A stretch of 35,495 nucleotides of DNA from a virus (taxonomy: Duplodnaviria; Caudoviricetes): IMG/VR virus record IMGVR_UViG_3300046779_000859, positions 1 through 35,495 of that record. One strand, written 5' to 3'. Made by a program: the position numbers and the translations under genes. Under the pieces are notes generated by a model. That model was not told where the DNA came from. It saw only the letters and a program-made list of their open reading frames with translations, and ran no database searches. Position 1 is the stretch's first letter, and every line of letters starts with the position of its first letter. This document shows, piece after piece, positions 34,903 to 35,495 of this stretch.

Positions 34903-35087
34903 GAAAAGTTTCAGGAGTTATAATGATTGTATCATCCTTTGCTATTACACTGGCAACGCTATTTATGTTAGCGGCTTTCGAGTATAATACTTTAAGGGAT
35001 GCTTCAATCTACACATTCCTTGTGGTATCATCCATAGGAATATTATCAGCAATCGTTTTAGCAATCTATGATATAAATAAGTTATGA
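34899..35087 (+). CDS. Small membrane protein (2 TM)
   Basis: Two hydrophobic helices; ATGA overlaps on both sides. Confidence 0.7.
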   Translation: MRKVSGVIMIVSSFAITLATLFMLAAFEYNTLRDASIYTFLVVSSIGILSAIVLAIYDINKL

Positions 35088-35338
35088 AGATAGAACCTGT
35101 ATGGGCATGCTCCTTTCACTTTTGTAGAAAGGAATGCTCGAAAGACTTAAAAGAAGTTGGGGATTGTATGTGTCACAATATGAATTGGGACAAGGCTAAT
35201 AAGCCTGATGGATATGCTAACCTTCCTGTTAGTACAACCATAGTATTACAACCTGGAGAGATAAACTCTGAGAAAAAACGCAAGGCAAGATTAACAAACA
35301 AAGTAGTATTAAGACCTTATGGAAGCAAAAAAACCTAA
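35084..35338 (+). CDS. Small Cys-rich hypothetical protein
   Basis: 84 aa; five Cys in the N-terminal third, basic C-terminus. Confidence 0.6.
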   Translation: MKIEPVWACSFHFCRKECSKDLKEVGDCMCHNMNWDKANKPDGYANLPVSTTIVLQPGEINSEKKRKARLTNKVVLRPYGSKKT

Positions 35339-35495
35339 GTACATCTGCGTGATGTCAAGTACCGAGCAGGGTATCAAAAGAGAAAAGATTAACTATAATG
35401 ACTGGTCTATCATGGTACGCCAAGAGACGGACAGTTATTATGGAATCGTAAAAGATTATAAATCAGTTAGTTAATTGTTGTTTGATTGTTTATTG

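Noticed and set aside
1-35495. Amber or opal stop-codon reassignment as in some gut crAss-like phages
   Set aside because: Genes are intact in code 11, and TAG and TGA end genes at junctions with the next gene or a terminator (e.g. 18712, 23370, 27946, 28560)
1-35495. Integrated prophage with host flanks to explain the parS sites
   Set aside because: No integrase, att site or bacterial housekeeping genes; phage-type genes lie on both sides of the parS cluster

Overview
A 35.5-kb segment of a crAss-like (Crassvirales-type) podophage of a Bacteroidota host, in standard genetic code. The minus-strand block (1-22.1 kb) carries DUF3127 SSB, an intein-containing metallophosphoesterase, a tandem GroES-like protein, TerL, portal, scaffold-like protein, major capsid, two collagen/CBM fibre proteins, three ring proteins, a tail stabilisation (muzzle) protein and a partial ejection-type protein. 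The divergent plus-strand block (22.4-28.6 kb) carries a lambda-O-like initiator with internal iterons, a Twinkle/T7 gp4-like primase-helicase, a DnaA-C-terminal-like protein, an HNH nuclease and small paralogous ORFs. A ~1.4-kb non-coding region (28.56-29.94 kb) is followed by early-type genes including an amidoligase and a class II glutamine amidotransferase. The most unusual signal is apparent host-chromosome mimicry. There are four chromosomal-type parS sites with no parAB in the window, a dense run of different palindromes, and Fur-like and IHF-like boxes. A structured RNA leader ends in a tRNA-like fold whose anticodon arm is a parS site. A Chi-like 7-mer (AGCCGCC) switches polarity near the putative origin and again at the non-coding region. 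All family calls come from motif recognition by eye; no searches were run.
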